A stretch of DNA of 64,000 nt. It comes from Vitrella brassicaformis CCMP3155. Lineage: Eukaryota; Protista; Chromerida. The DNA is taken from the NCBI GenBank assembly GCA_001179505.1, contig CDMY01000069.1, positions 62,001 through 126,000 of the forward strand, given 5' to 3'. The number at the start of each line of letters is the position of its first letter. Positions within the stretch are counted from its first letter, which is position 1. The notes under the pieces are model-generated. The model saw only the letters and a list, made by a program, of their open reading frames with translations. It had not been told where the DNA came from and ran no database searches. The translations under genes and the position numbers were made by a program. Shown in pieces: positions 36,369-49,412 of this stretch.

Positions 36369-38811
36369 TCACTGTTTTTGCCAGTAACTGGAAGCATCAG
36401 GGGGGAATCTGTAGGCCTCTGTTAGGCCGCGTCTCTGAAAGGATCCTGGTTGGTGTTCAGAGCCGTCATAAGTGTCTGCAGGCAAGAGAGAGAGAGACAG
36501 ACAGACAGACACCTTTACACATGCAAGGGAGGCAGACACCGTCCGTCTGTATGGACTTGACAATCGTGGAATCCGACCTGCCACAACAGGGTGTACACCG
36601 TCTCCCGCCATCTTCACGCCTGCAACACAATACGAACGTCGGGCACGCAGACGCGCTCCTGTCATTTCGGGTCTGTCGCCTCCTCGCTGACCTTCGAGCT
36701 CCTCTGGATAAAGCCATCGATTCGCCCATAAGTCGAGCAAACGCAAAGGCTTGGAAGGAGGACCTTCCGGCTGACAGCCCCCCCCCNNNNNNNNNNNNNN
36801 NNNNNNNNNNNNNNNNNNNNNNNNNNNNNNNNNNNNNNNNNNNNNNNNNNNNNNNNNNNNNNNNNNNNNNNNNNNNNNNNNNNNNNNNNNNNNNNNNNNN
36901 NNNNNNNNNNNNNNNNNNNNNNNNNNNNNNNNNNNNNNNNNNNNNNNNNNNNNNNNNNNNNNNNNNNNNNNNNNNNNNNNNNNNNNNNNNNNNNNNNNNN
37001 NNNNNNNNNNNNNNNNNNNNNNNNNNNNNNNNNNNNNNNNNNNNNNNNNNNNNNNNNNNNNNNNNNNNNNNNNNNNNNNNNNNNNNCCCCCCCCCCCCCC
37101 CCCCCCACCACACACACAGCTGAATAGTCCGTAAGACTGACTCACTACAGCGGTGATCTGCACTGTACGTACGTACCTGCATGAGTGGGTCGACGACTAT
37201 TTCGTCGATGCGAAGCATCGTCACCCACTGTCGCTGCCTGACATCAGTGAGGCGATAACGTTGTGGCCGACTGGAAAGCAATGAGAGCTCCGCACGAACC
37301 TGTAGAAATGCGACCAGCGTCGGTGGCGGAGATACTTGAAGACGACTGTCTCACCTGCCAGGGTCTACACACACCCACACCCACCCACCCACCCACACAC
37401 ACAGAGGCGCAGCGTGGCCTCGTTTCGTGTTGTGACTTGTCTGTGCCACCCCACCCGGCCCATGTGGTAGCCAACGGACCTGTTGTTCGATCGTTGCCTT
37501 GACCTTAGCATAGGGCACACTGCAAGCCATCCACCCACCATCGTGTGTCGAATGCTCAGGCGCAAAGCGCCTACGCGTGGGATCACGCATGCACCTCAGC
37601 TCTTGGCTTACGTGGGCTTGCCGATGATGGTCCAATCCCTGCTGCCCACCATGAGAACCGTCCCAAAGGTCACTTGTTCTCCTGCAGGCAAGGCACGGCA
37701 CGCACACGACAGACATGATTAGCCTGGCGGGGCAGGGCAGGCACCGGTAGGAAGTGTAGATCGACAGATACATAAAGCAGGTACCCTGCGCTGCACACCT
37801 GCCTCTCGTCTATGCATCTTTTCGGTCTGCACGATGTCGCCCACAGTGACCTTGTGCTGGTAGTGCGCATTCGACTGATGGATGGATGCCGCACGACAGA
37901 CACACAGACAGACAGACAGACAGACAGCACAACCCAAGTTGCGAGCCGGCTTTAGACGACGCAGCGTGCCTTGAAGACGGCGAAGCAGTTTGAGGCGTCC
38001 AGTCGTCCTGCGGGGAATTCCGGCTGGGCGGACCGGTGGGGCATCAAACTGCAAGACACGATAGATAGATAGATAGATAGTGGTGTCGACTGCTGGGTAA
38101 AGCGATTTGTATTGTTTTTAGTTCCCTTGCTGCCTGCCTGTGCAGGATGAATGAGCATGTGGGCCGCGGTGCCGGGTTGACGCTCTGTGGATTCCTCCAC
38201 TTTCTGGCAATGTTGACCCGCTTCCTCGACGGCTGACAGACACCAAGACAGACAGGCAATCACAGACAGACACACAGCCAATCGATTGATTGATTGATCG
38301 TCGCCGGTCGGCTCGGATGGCTACGCACGTGCAGGCAGAACTTCCACCTGGCGACACAGAACGAGGCAAGATAAGCTTGGTAGGTCGTTGGGTGGGTGGG
38401 TGGGTGAGTGGGTGCTGAGTGTACTGTTTATTGCCTCTCTGCCGTACCTGAGCTTCAAGTCTCGGAAGGTCAGAAAGAGGTTCATGTTCTTATCCGTGTC
38501 AAAAATGGGATGCAGCGGGTACTTGGGCGCTATGCCGCGGACGATGCGGTGCTTGCCAACCATGATCTCCTGAGTGAGTGTCGTTTACATCACACCCGCA
38601 CACACACGAGCCCCACACAGCATGAGTGAGCCTAGTTGTTTCTCCAGCTTTGCTTCATTGCGACTGCACTGACACGTACCATTTTGTGGCCCACCACTCG
38701 CCGATAGGGGTGATTGACGACCAGCCGCCGCTGCTCAAAGTGGCCATGACCGCCAAACACGGTCCGAAGCAATGGCGCACGGCCTGCCAAGATGCCGCCA
38801 CGCGAATTCAT
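36369..38811 (-). CDS. MRPL21: Mitochondrial ribosomal protein bL21m with N- and C-terminal extensions (one intron spans an assembly gap)
   Basis: Core L21 blocks FAVFK|[53 protein letters not shown] and [12 protein letters not shown]. Presequence-like [16 protein letters not shown]. Confidence 0.8.
36787..37086. other. Assembly gap (300 N) flanked by poly-C
   Basis: N run with C homopolymers on both sides, inside a bL21m intron. Confidence 1.
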
Positions 38812-38983
38812 TCTCGTCACCGAGGAACTCTCTGGGATGGATGGCACATCAACAGATTCCAGAAAAGCCGGAATGGAACACGAGATAGGGCTCTTGATAT
38901 TCCGTGAAACCGCTCTCTCGTGTCGCTGCGGCGCCGTGTCACGAGTGGGCAGTCAACAAACTGCCGCAGCGCCCTGAGCAGCG
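38812..38983. promoter_or_regulatory. Divergent promoter spacer bL21m / ApiCox-like
   Basis: ATTCCGTGAAACCGCTCTC at 38899-38917, shared with 54992-55010. Confidence 0.6.
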
Positions 38984-40754
38984 ATGGCGTTGCGCACAGC
39001 GCTCGGTTGGCCGTCTGTGCGGGGTAGTCTCGGTCGTCTGACTCCCAAGTGCTACTGGGCCCTTGGAGGCACCCGCTATGTCGCGTCCTCATCGACATTC
39101 CAGTAAGCAAAGCACACCGAACGCACATGGCACCACGCACTGACGCCTGCGGAGGGAGGGAGGCACACACGCATCCTTCCTTCCCTATCTGCTCGTGTGC
39201 TGCGAACAGGGATCCGGCTGTTGCGGCGGTAATTAATCTTACGTACATTCTCCAAGGGGCTTGCTGCCTGCTTTGCTTGCCTGCCACCTGCCATGGGTGT
39301 ATGAAGATTGCCTGTGTGACTGATGCCATTGCTCTCCTCTCAGATTCGTCCGCCTGTGGGTCGTCCCCTGGGGCACATCATGACGCATGACCGTCCGTAT
39401 TGGCGTGCCAATTGGGAGAAGGAGGATCGTGAGCTCCCGCGTGACCAATATGGCGTGCCCGCACAGATCCCGCCCGAGATCGCCACCACCATCAAGTTCA
39501 CCTATCACGTACCGCCACAATACTACCCATTTTTGAAGAAACTCGGTAGGTATGGCTGGCCATGGTGGGATGGATATGGATGCGGTGGGCAGGGGGGGGG
39601 GGGGGGGGNNNNNNNNNNNNNNNNNNNNNNNNNNNNNNNNNNNNNNNNNNNNNNNNNNNNNNNNNNNNNNNNNNNNNNNNNNNNNNNNNNNNNNNNNNNN
39701 NNNNNNNNNNNNNNNNNNNNNNNNNNNNNNNNNNNNNNNNNNNNNNNNNNNNNNNNNNNNNNNNNNNNNNNNNNNNNNNNNNNNNNNNNNNNNNNNNNNN
39801 NNNNNNNNNNNNNNNNNNNNNNNNNNNNNNNNNNNNNNNNNNNNNNNNNNNNNNNNNNNNNNNNNNNNNNNNNNNNNNNNNNNNNNNNNNNNNNNNNNNN
39901 NNNNNNNNGGGATCGGCTGGCCAGAGGTCTGGAGAGACAGACGCCCACACAGACAGACAGACAGACATTTGGACAGATGAGAAGGAAAGGGATCGGCACA
40001 GAGGGAGGCGAGCGGCACAGCGGATCCGATCCCTGCCTGTCATTCATGTGCCTTGGCTGTGCGCCACTCGTCGATTGATTGATTGATTCAGGTGACGACA
40101 CTCCGTGGATGAAGCCGTATTGTGACAAGTTGATCATGGGTGACCTGACGTTTCCCGAGTTCGAGGAGATGTTCTACCGTGCGGCCAAGCCCCTGAGGAT
40201 CTACCGCTCCCGGATCCCCAAGCCCTACCGCACCATCGAGGAGCAGTCCAAGTCCGAGGAGGTCATGTGGGAATCCGCATGGCTCTCCTTCAGACAACGC
40301 GTCAATGGAGGTACGTATGGACGCACCTACCTACCTACCTATCCACACACGCAGCCAGACACGACAGACAGACAGACAAACAGCCGCGTTCAACTGCTCG
40401 CTGCTAAACATTACAATACAACCGAGCCCAAGGACTGTATGTGTGAGTGTGTGTGTGTGTGTATTTGTCAACTACCTTGTGTAGATTACGACACGCATCA
40501 CTATTTCCGCGAGGTAGCGTTGGCTCCGTGGATAGCGTTTTACTTCGCGTATCTGTGGACTGACGCCCACCGCCAGTACCGCATTGACATGAAGCTCTTC
40601 TACCTCGAGGCACCCGAACTCAAACTCAACTGGGTGGTACGGTGGACACACACACATTCATTCATTCACGCCGATGGTGGTGGGTCCGTGCCATGAGTGC
40701 GTTGCGTGTTTGTCCCCCTGCACTGCACAGGTCCCTCGTGGTGACCTCGTCTGA
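38984..40754 (+). CDS. Myzozoan-type mitochondrial single-TM protein, probably an ApiCox-class cytochrome c oxidase subunit
   Basis: Exons: HDRPYWRANWEKEDRELPRDQYGVPAQIPPE...YYPFLKKL / GDDTPWMKPYCDKLIMGDL...WESAWLSFRQRVNG / TM APWIAFYFAYLW / VPRGDLV*. About 220 aa. The gene model is solid; the family identity is from recollection of apicomplexan complex IV subunits and was not checked. Confidence 0.5.
39609..39908. other. Assembly gap (300 N) flanked by poly-G
   Basis: N run preceded by a G homopolymer, inside an intron of the 38984-40754 gene. Confidence 1.
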
Positions 40755-41199
40755 TGGCGGCAGTTGCAGTTGCAGTGGCGGTTGCGTTGCGTGGCTGTGC
40801 ATGGCATGGCATGTGGGGCTGGTTTTCTCCACCCGTCATGAAGTCTTTTGTTTGCTTGTTGGTTTGTTTGCCGGTCTGTCTGTCTGCACGGTTCCTGACT
40901 GACCCCCTGCTCGAGCGCTAGTGCTGAAGAAGTGGGGGTGGGAGGGGCAGGTAGCACAGCACCGGATGTAATTCTAGACGGAAGAGACAGAAGTCCTGAG
41001 GGGTGGCATGCCGTCGATAGATAATGGCGTGTTAGTCCGGCTGAACAGGGTGCCTGCCTGCCTGCATGAACTCGTGCACGTGTGTTGTGCATCAAGATGC
41101 CTCAGCGGGGCGTCCCGTGGTGACTACGGAAGGAAAAGAAACACTTCGACGACCAGCCAGCGAGTGACTCTATTGCGACACGAATGATAACCGCGGGAC

Positions 41200-42605
41200 G
41201 ACCGACGTGAGCAAAGAGGCTCGCCCTGTACAAGGCGAGTCGTGCAGCTCGTAGCCAGGCCCCTTAGTTTGCAGTGACGACGGAAATACATTGACGAGAG
41301 CATCATGATGGATGCATTAAGTATACATGTGGGCGGGGTGGGTCAGCGACGAGAGGTTGAGCTTGGGACAAGAAAGGCTTTACAGGCTCACATGTCATGT
41401 CATGTATGTATGTCTGCAACGTCCCACACATGCACGCAGACACGGAGACACATACATACATTAGAATATGGGGGGGCCCATGTCCGATGGGTGCGTGCGA
41501 AACAGCTGATATCGACAGGGAAAGACAAGAGGGGGCCGTGATTCATTGTCTATCTGCCTCCCTCCCGCATTCATCCGGCACCCCACGCCGGCCACGCCCG
41601 TGTATCATTCCATCTGAACACTCGCGTCAAAACTGCGTGCGGGTCGTCAAACCTCACAGACGGATCAATCGCCACTCTAGTTTGCTGGTGGGGGGCGGCT
41701 GAGTGGACGGATGGACTGCGAGAGGCAGGCAGACAGGCAGGCAGGCAGGGACGCGGAAGGAGGGAATAAGGAGCAAGGGAGGATTTGAACAGGAGGAGGG
41801 AGGGAGGGAGGGAGGGAGCGAGGCGAGGAAGAATTGAGTGAGTGAGGGAGGGAGCAGGGCATACAGGCGCAGGCCAAGTGCACGCGTTTGGAGACTGATA
41901 GTCACTTCTATGTATTCAATCGACCGACCGACCGACCCATTCATTCTATGTCGAGGGGCGGGCACGGAAGGAAAGGCACCACCGGAAGACAGACCATTTC
42001 ATTCATCATTTCACACATAGGGTAGTCAGTCTAGTTTGCGCAAGGAGACAGAAGGGGAGATGCGATAGCTAGCTAGCTAAGGGAGGGACAGAGACAGAGA
42101 GACAGACAGACAGACAGAGAGACAGACAAACAGCTGTCAGTGAGTCAGTCAGTCACTGGACAGCCATTCTTCATTGGCAGGCAGGCAGGGAGGTAGGCAG
42201 GGAGGGAGGTAGGCAGGGAGGGAGGTAGGCAGGGAGGTAGGATACTTACAGGAGGAGGGGAGGCGAAAGGATAAACCACAACACAGCACAACCATGCACG
42301 CCATGCCATGCATCCACACATACAAACATACATAGATACATACATACATGCAACCCAACCACGTATACATTCGTTCAGTCAGTCAGTCAGTCAGTCAGAG
42401 GCAACCCACTCACCCAGTCCGTCACTGTGCTGTGGTGGGTCTGTGTGAATGAATGTATCATGACATGTCTCGGCCAGGCAGGGTAGGCCTTTCTCACACA
42501 AGCAAGCAGCATACACGCGGACGTACGCTTCTTGTGTGCTGCGCTCGTAGTCACGAGGGCGCAGGGCAAAGAAAGCACCGCCAGCAGCCAGCCCGCGTGT
42601 TGCAT
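41200..42605 (-). CDS. Possible small spliced gene encoding a signal-peptide protein (model unresolved)
   Basis: ATG 42605 gives MQHAGWLLAVLSLPCALVTTSAAHKK followed by a GTACGT donor. Candidate AG/GT-bounded exons at 41865-41894 and about 41466-41510 (LFRTHPSDMGPPYSN). No homology recognised. Confidence 0.25.
42060..42400. repeat. Compound microsatellite block ((GACA)n, (GCAGGGAGGTAG)-type, (CATA)n, (CAGT)n)
   Basis: Read directly from the sequence downstream of importin-beta. Confidence 0.85.
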
Positions 42606-43127
42606 GAGGGGACGGACGGACCATGGGAACGAACGAATGAGGGAGGGCAAGAGGGAGGCCGTCAACCAAATCAATGGGCGGGCAGGCGGGCGGGCGCAGA
42701 TCGAGGGGCAGAGGTGTAGCCAGGCAGGCCAAGGAGGGGAGGAGGCAGCAGCAGGGGGAAGGAAGAGATGCAGACAGACAGACAGACAGACAGACAGAGA
42801 AGAGGTGAGAATGAATGAGGGGCGAGTGGAGACGTACGTCCTCTGCACATTCGCTGCACTGCGATGCAGCGACCTGGACTGTCTGCCTCAGGCTGTATGT
42901 ATGTGTGCATATATATATACAGGCACCTGGCTGGCTCCGCTCCCTCCTGGCTGGCTGGCTGGCTTCACTCGCATACATCACGTACGTCAATGCAATCAAT
43001 CCACCGATGTGATTGATATGCGTATTCACTGTGTATATATATATTACGTGTACATACGTACAAACGCGTGCGTACATATGTACGTACGTATTGGGTAGCG
43101 GCTGAGTGAGGTGCAGACGCGGTCGCA

Positions 43128-43448
43128 TCACGGGGCCGGCTTGTACTTGCCTATCAACTGCACACACACACGAAACCATCCATACATTTCATATCACCCA
43201 CACACAAACAGGGGAACTCGTCAAGTCGTTAGTCAGATGGGTGGTGTGGTGTCGTGTGGTGTGGCGCTTGGTGCTTCCCTCCGTCCTTTCGTGGGTGGCT
43301 TACATCTCTGAGCCATGTCGCATTCTGTGCGCATTGTGGGTCATCAGACTCCTGCGCCTGCTTGATGAGCTTCTCCAGGAAGTTGGCTTTCACCAGGTGA
43401 GCCGTCAACTCCTCCTTGTACGCACACACCAAATCACTGCACATAAAA

Positions 43449-43487
<39 letters not shown>

Positions 43488-46400
43488 CCGACGGATGCAC
43501 CCGTCGTAGGTGTGAATGGACATACATACATCAGCTGGCTGTGTGGCTTCAAAGGTTCGTGTGTGGTCACTTGCCCACCCGGTGACAGCGACAGCCGACT
43601 TGAGTACTTTGTCGTGTGGTGGGTCCTCTGTGATGCGGTGCACCAGCTCCAGCACACCGTTGACGTGCAGCTTAAAACTGTTGAGCAAACTCGCGTCCTT
43701 CAAACCGTGAATGATACCTGAGAGGCAAGGCAAGGCAAGGTGGGCACCACACCCAGCCATCCATCCAGTCAACACACAACGAACAGGTTGGATCGATGGA
43801 TGGATGGATGGGTGCGTGTGCGTCAGTCAACGCAACCGTGTTGTGTTGGTGCAGTCAGTGCAGTGCAGTGCATACGTCCGTACCAGTGTAGGCCTGCAGG
43901 ACTCCGTCCCTGAGTGAGTGTATGTAGTCGACCCACTCCTCGTTGTCCTGCGGGCCGTGCTCGATGCGCGTGGCGGATGCCTCGGCCAGAACCGCCACCA
44001 CGGGCTGCAGTGTCTTCTCGAACTCCCCGGTGATGGCCATGGCGATGTCACCGAAGCACACCATGATGACGGGCTTCAGCTTCCGGTCTACCTTGGGGTT
44101 CTGCAAGTTGTTGTACAAGGCGTTCAGAATCGGCTCGCAGTACCTGACAGACAGTAGGCACATCACACACATCACAACAAGACAGACAAGAACCTGCACT
44201 GCATGGTGGGGGGTGTGTGTGTGTGGTGGTGGTGCCGTGCGAGGTGGTGCCTACGGGAGCATCTTGGAGCCCATCGCACGACACAGATCGCCCACCACCT
44301 CGTTGGATATACGACACACCTGAGTGCAGGCAGACAGAGAGAGGGACAGACAGACAGAGGGGCAGCAGAGCTTAGGGCGGGGGTGTGTTGCATTGCAATC
44401 AATGCGTGTCTGTGTGCACTTCACGCGTGCATCTATCTGTCGGCCGCTTAGCTTACGGTCGTTTCCTCATAATTGCTGAGGCCCGCCTGCAGGTAGGGAA
44501 AAAAGTGCGGCAGGAAGACCTCGAAGTTCTCACCCAACGCTGGCGGACGCACACAACACACCCACAGCACAGAGAGGGAAAGAGCGTCGGGTTCATTCAG
44601 ATCCGCCTGGCTGGCCGGCCTCTGAATGAATCGTCCAGTGCGTTTGGTTGTGTTGCATGTACCGAATGCGAGCGCCGAGATAGCAAGGAGGGCTTCCTCA
44701 TGGATTGAGTTGGCATGTGTCTGGCCGTACTGCTGGATGACCTTCATGTAGGCCGCAAATAGACGCTCCTTGACGGGCTGAATCTTCTCCTTCAACCTGA
44801 CAGATAGGTATATATATCGACACATGCATAGAATCCAATCCACGGCGCATACACTCACGCACCGCACCGCACGTCCTGCCCTCTCTGAGCGCCTCTGTGC
44901 TGTGCGGGTGAGTGTGAGTGGGGGGTGAGCGGGGGTAGGGTAGGTACGTTACCTGACTGTGAGTACTTGCAGGCATCCGCAGAGGGAGCCCTGCACGTCC
45001 ATGACCTTGTGGTAGTTGGGATCGGCTGCCGTAATTTGAAACGTCGCCTCCAGCCTATACACACACACACACACACACACAGATGCAGGAGGGACGCCAC
45101 GGATAACTGCCTGTTGTCCGTCCGTGTACTTTTCGAGTATGGCTACGGTGATCTGTTCCATCATGGGCACGCAATCCATGCCAGCCTGGACCAACCAATG
45201 TGCACACACCACAAACACACATAACATACTCACACGCACTTGTATGCTTTTCTTTCAGGCTGTTTCTCTGCATCTAGATGTGCATCTGTCGGTCTGTCTG
45301 TCTGTCTGTGTGGGTCACCGTCCCGTCCGTCCCCTGCCCACCCCACCTTGCCGATGAGCATGCTCAACGCACTGTACGCGGCCTCACCCAAATTCTTCTC
45401 CTCCTGAATACAGAGAGAGACACAGGCGACGCACACACGATATATGGGGCTGGCTGGCTGGCTGGCTGGCCTTGTTTAGCTTGTGCAGTGCATGGGATGG
45501 GTAGGGTACCGACCGCATCAGGTCTACTGGCAGTGACAATGAGCTCCCGTGCGAGTGAGAAGAACGGCTCGGACAAGATCGTACACTGCGCCGGCGGATC
45601 TGCACACGGGCACACAGCCATCCATCCATCCCTCCCTCCATATGTGTATGCACCAGGATAAATGCAGTGAGGGCGACGGTACCTAGGGTGCCCCGCCCCG
45701 CCCCGCCCGTGTGTACCGACCGTACCTTTGGCGTCGTAGGGGTGTGTCTCTGCGAGTACGTGTATGACCCAGCAGATGTTGGCCGCTACCCGCGGCTCGT
45801 CCTTCAACTTCTCCAACAACACCTTGACCAAACCCTGAATGAACCACACACACATCATACCATCCATCCACACACGCATAGCGTTCATAGATCGACTCGA
45901 TACACACGCACTGCACTCGATGGATGGATGGTATGTTGTGTACATAACATGGATACATACCGCCTGTGAGTTGCCGACGTGTTCGGCGATAATGGTTTCG
46001 TGGAACTGAGCGATGCGGGCGATGGTCCAGGCCGTCGTGTCACGAACCGCCACCGACGGGTCACCCAACAGACCCATCAAAAATGTAAACGACTGACCAA
46101 TCGAATGATGGCAACACACCCACCGCACACGACATGAGTAAGTGTCGTTTGGCCGCTGTATGGTATGGTGTGTGTATGTGCCCGGCACCCCACCTACCGA
46201 TGCAACAGGCTGTGCCAGCTTGTCGGACGAAGGCCCCTCCATGATAGAACCTAGTAGATAGATGCCATGCCACCCACACACCCATTCACGTCACACACGC
46301 ACACACGCTTCCCTCCCTCCCTCCACGTGTGTCCCCAGCCCACAGTGTGACCGCAACCACCCACCATACTGCCGTACCGTATGCGAGTATTGCGGCTTCT

Positions 46401-49400
46401 CTTTGGTTCCACTGTGCGGACTGGTAGTTGTTTTGGACGAATGTGAGTACGTGTTCGATGATGGCGTCCCCGACGACCTGGGCGACGAGTGAGAGGCAGG
46501 TGCCCGACGCCATGGCCAGAGTCCACTCATCCTCAACCTCCTCACTCTTCTAGTGACCGACAGACAGACAGACAGACAGACAGACAGGGGGACACACAAC
46601 GCAATGCAACGCCAACGTACGTTAGTTAGTTAATACAGACAACAGATACACACACACACACACACCAGAAATAAGGAAATTGTGCAATCCCTCCCCCCGC
46701 GTGTGTCCTCCCTCTCCCCTCGTCGGTCGCCCTATATTCCTACCTACCTGTTTGGTGAGTGTGTCGAGTAGGATGGGCAGGAGTAAGGGCAGCGCCTGCG
46801 CGATGAACCGCTGGCTCGTCCGCTCCGGACTCTTGCCCTCGGCCTGAGCCTGAACAACCAAACAAGCAATCGGGTGTGTGTCATCCCATCCGCTGTGTGC
46901 GTGTGTGTGTCATGTGGTGCGTGTGATGCGATGCGTACGTCTAGTTCCAGCTCCTTGAGAAACAGCTCCTCGTCACACACAGTCGACCTGAATCACATAC
47001 ACATGCACACACACAACCATACATAACCATTGTGGTGGTGTTGTGTGCGGTATGTTTGGTTGCTGACTGACCAGAGTTCCATGGCCGGGATGGCCACAGT
47101 CTCGGGCGCTGTCTTGATGGTATCGAGCGTCAACTGCACAAACCAACACATACAAGGGGGGCACACACACACACACCCCAGCAGGCGGGGACGCAGGGAC
47201 CGACACGTGAGTTTAACTCATTCTCCCGTCCGTCGGTCGGTCCTTCTGTCTGTGCACACCTACCTACCGTGGCTATGGGTGCCATGTAGGGCTGCAAGTA
47301 GTCGTAGTACTCGGTCGCTATCTGCACCCATCGCATCCCATCCAGGGTTCGGTCAGCGCGTCCACACACACAGAGGATCGATTCGCTCCATGAGATGTAT
47401 GACATACGGAACCACCCACCCCCCACCTGCTGACTGACCTACCTGTACGAGGCACTCGAATGCGGCCACCTGGACCTTCCCATTGGGGCCCTTGCAGTTC
47501 TCACTCACTACTTGGAATATGAAATTCCGCTCAGTCTACACACACACACACACAGACAGACACAGCGAGTGGGGAGCGAATGATATCTGGCTGGCTGTTT
47601 CATTCACTGGGTGTGCGTGTCTGTGTGTGTGTGTCTGTGCACCTGACCTCGTTGTCGAAGTTTCTCTGGGCGAGTACCAGTGCATGGTAGAGCGCCTTGG
47701 TCGCCGCCTCCTTGCAACTCGCGTCCTCCAAACGCATTCCTAAACATACACACCATACATACATGGCATGGGGGACACACACGGATAAGTGGATGGATGG
47801 ATGGATGTCTGTCCGTCGGTGGCTGCGCTGCGTGTGTTGCTGTGTGTGTCCATCCATCCATCCATCCATCCTCGCTTCGCTTCGCTTCGCTTCGCTTCAC
47901 TGGTTGGTTGTTTGGTTACCCTGCACGACTGCGGTGAGTATGCTGTTGGTGAGGTCACTGGGGATGATGTCCGCAGTCGCACCATCATTCAAGATGATGT
48001 TCGCCTGACCAACACACACACACACAGACAGAGGCAAGCAGGTTGCACAGCTGCGTCGTGTGCATCAATCAGATCTGATAGCTCGAGATCGCCCTGATGG
48101 CTGCCTGGCTGCGGGCTGGGTGGCTGCGCGTCTGGTGTCGTGAGCCGACCCTTGCCTATCTCCGCTTACCTTGACCCCCAGACTGGCTCACTGACTGACT
48201 GACTGAGGGTGCGTTAGGCATACATACCAGTTCCTCGCAAAGGTATGAGAGCGCTGTGAGGGCGGTTTGTTTGGCGGTGTTGTCGCCCTCGGTGACCACG
48301 TTGAGCAGCACCGGCACCAAGTTCGGCCACTTGCCCAAAGGCAACTCGCACGCACCCACCTTGGCTATCACCTACACACACACACACCCCATGCCGTCCG
48401 TCTGTCTGCCGGTCATTCCGTCCCCACCGTGTACGCCCACTGTGGCCCCCCCGCCCCCCCGCCCCGCTCCAGCCAGCCCAGCGATGTGTGTACGGTAGGT
48501 AGGGTAGGTGCGAGTGTGTAGTCTATGTACCTACCTGGCATGCGGCTACCCGCGGCGCAGGCTGCGTGGCACTCAAAGCAGACAGGACCTGCATGGCATG
48601 GCATGCCATGGGATGGGTGGCACGCATACAGCAAACACGCAGCCCTTGGCAATCCGGCAATCAATGTATGAGCTTCCTTCCTTCCTTCCTTCCTTTGTTT
48701 GTTCCTTACTGTGTCTTTGATGTTGTTCTTGACGCCCTCGTCAAGTTCAAGCCAGCGGGTCTTGCGCTCCTGGTCCAGCGACCGGTCCTAATTCACAGAC
48801 AGACACGTACGGTACACACACATGCGATGAGTACATTCGTAAACAGACAGGTACGTACTATGGGTAGGTACCCTACCTGTGCGGAGACTGAGTTTTTGAG
48901 TAAAATGCCGGCGAGCTGTCGTGAGGTGGCGTCCTTGGCGTCCGACGCCAACTCCTTGGCCAAGGCCGTGTAGAACTGACCCTGCACACCACACATGGCA
49001 TCACACAACACAACATCACATAGCGCACACACCAAATCGGACCCCTTGATTCGTGAGGGAGGCGCCGTGTATGTATCTATTAATTGTGCCGTCCGTTGGG
49101 GTGTGCGTGCCGTACCGCATTGTTGGCTTCAGCCTCCTTGAGCTGCTTCTCGGCGGCAGTGCGCTTCTCGTAGTCTGCACCACACGACACACAGCACAGG
49201 CCCGGCCAACACCCAACGTATACACCCAGACGTATACACCTCATGGTGAGGTGCATGTCAGAGGGTCTGCTGGCCCGCTGCCGGGCGCCTGCACTCCCCA
49301 TCTCTCTCTCTGACTCGACGCCCCGCCCTGCGCAGCGCCGTGTGTGTGAGAGTGTGACGTGCTGACCTGGATCTGTCGCCGCAGTGAGCAGCATCTGCGT

Positions 49401-49412
49401 GAGGGACTCCAT
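43128..49412 (-). CDS. KPNB1: Importin subunit beta-1 (karyopherin beta)
   Basis: [15 protein letters not shown]; [11 protein letters not shown]; [14 protein letters not shown]; [12 protein letters not shown]; [10 protein letters not shown]; [22 protein letters not shown]; [12 protein letters not shown]; [12 protein letters not shown]; [10 protein letters not shown]; [12 protein letters not shown]; [18 protein letters not shown]. Confidence 0.95.

Noticed and set aside
36254-40137. Long ORFs containing X runs in the supplied ORF track
   Set aside because: Artefacts of translating through the two 300-N gaps.
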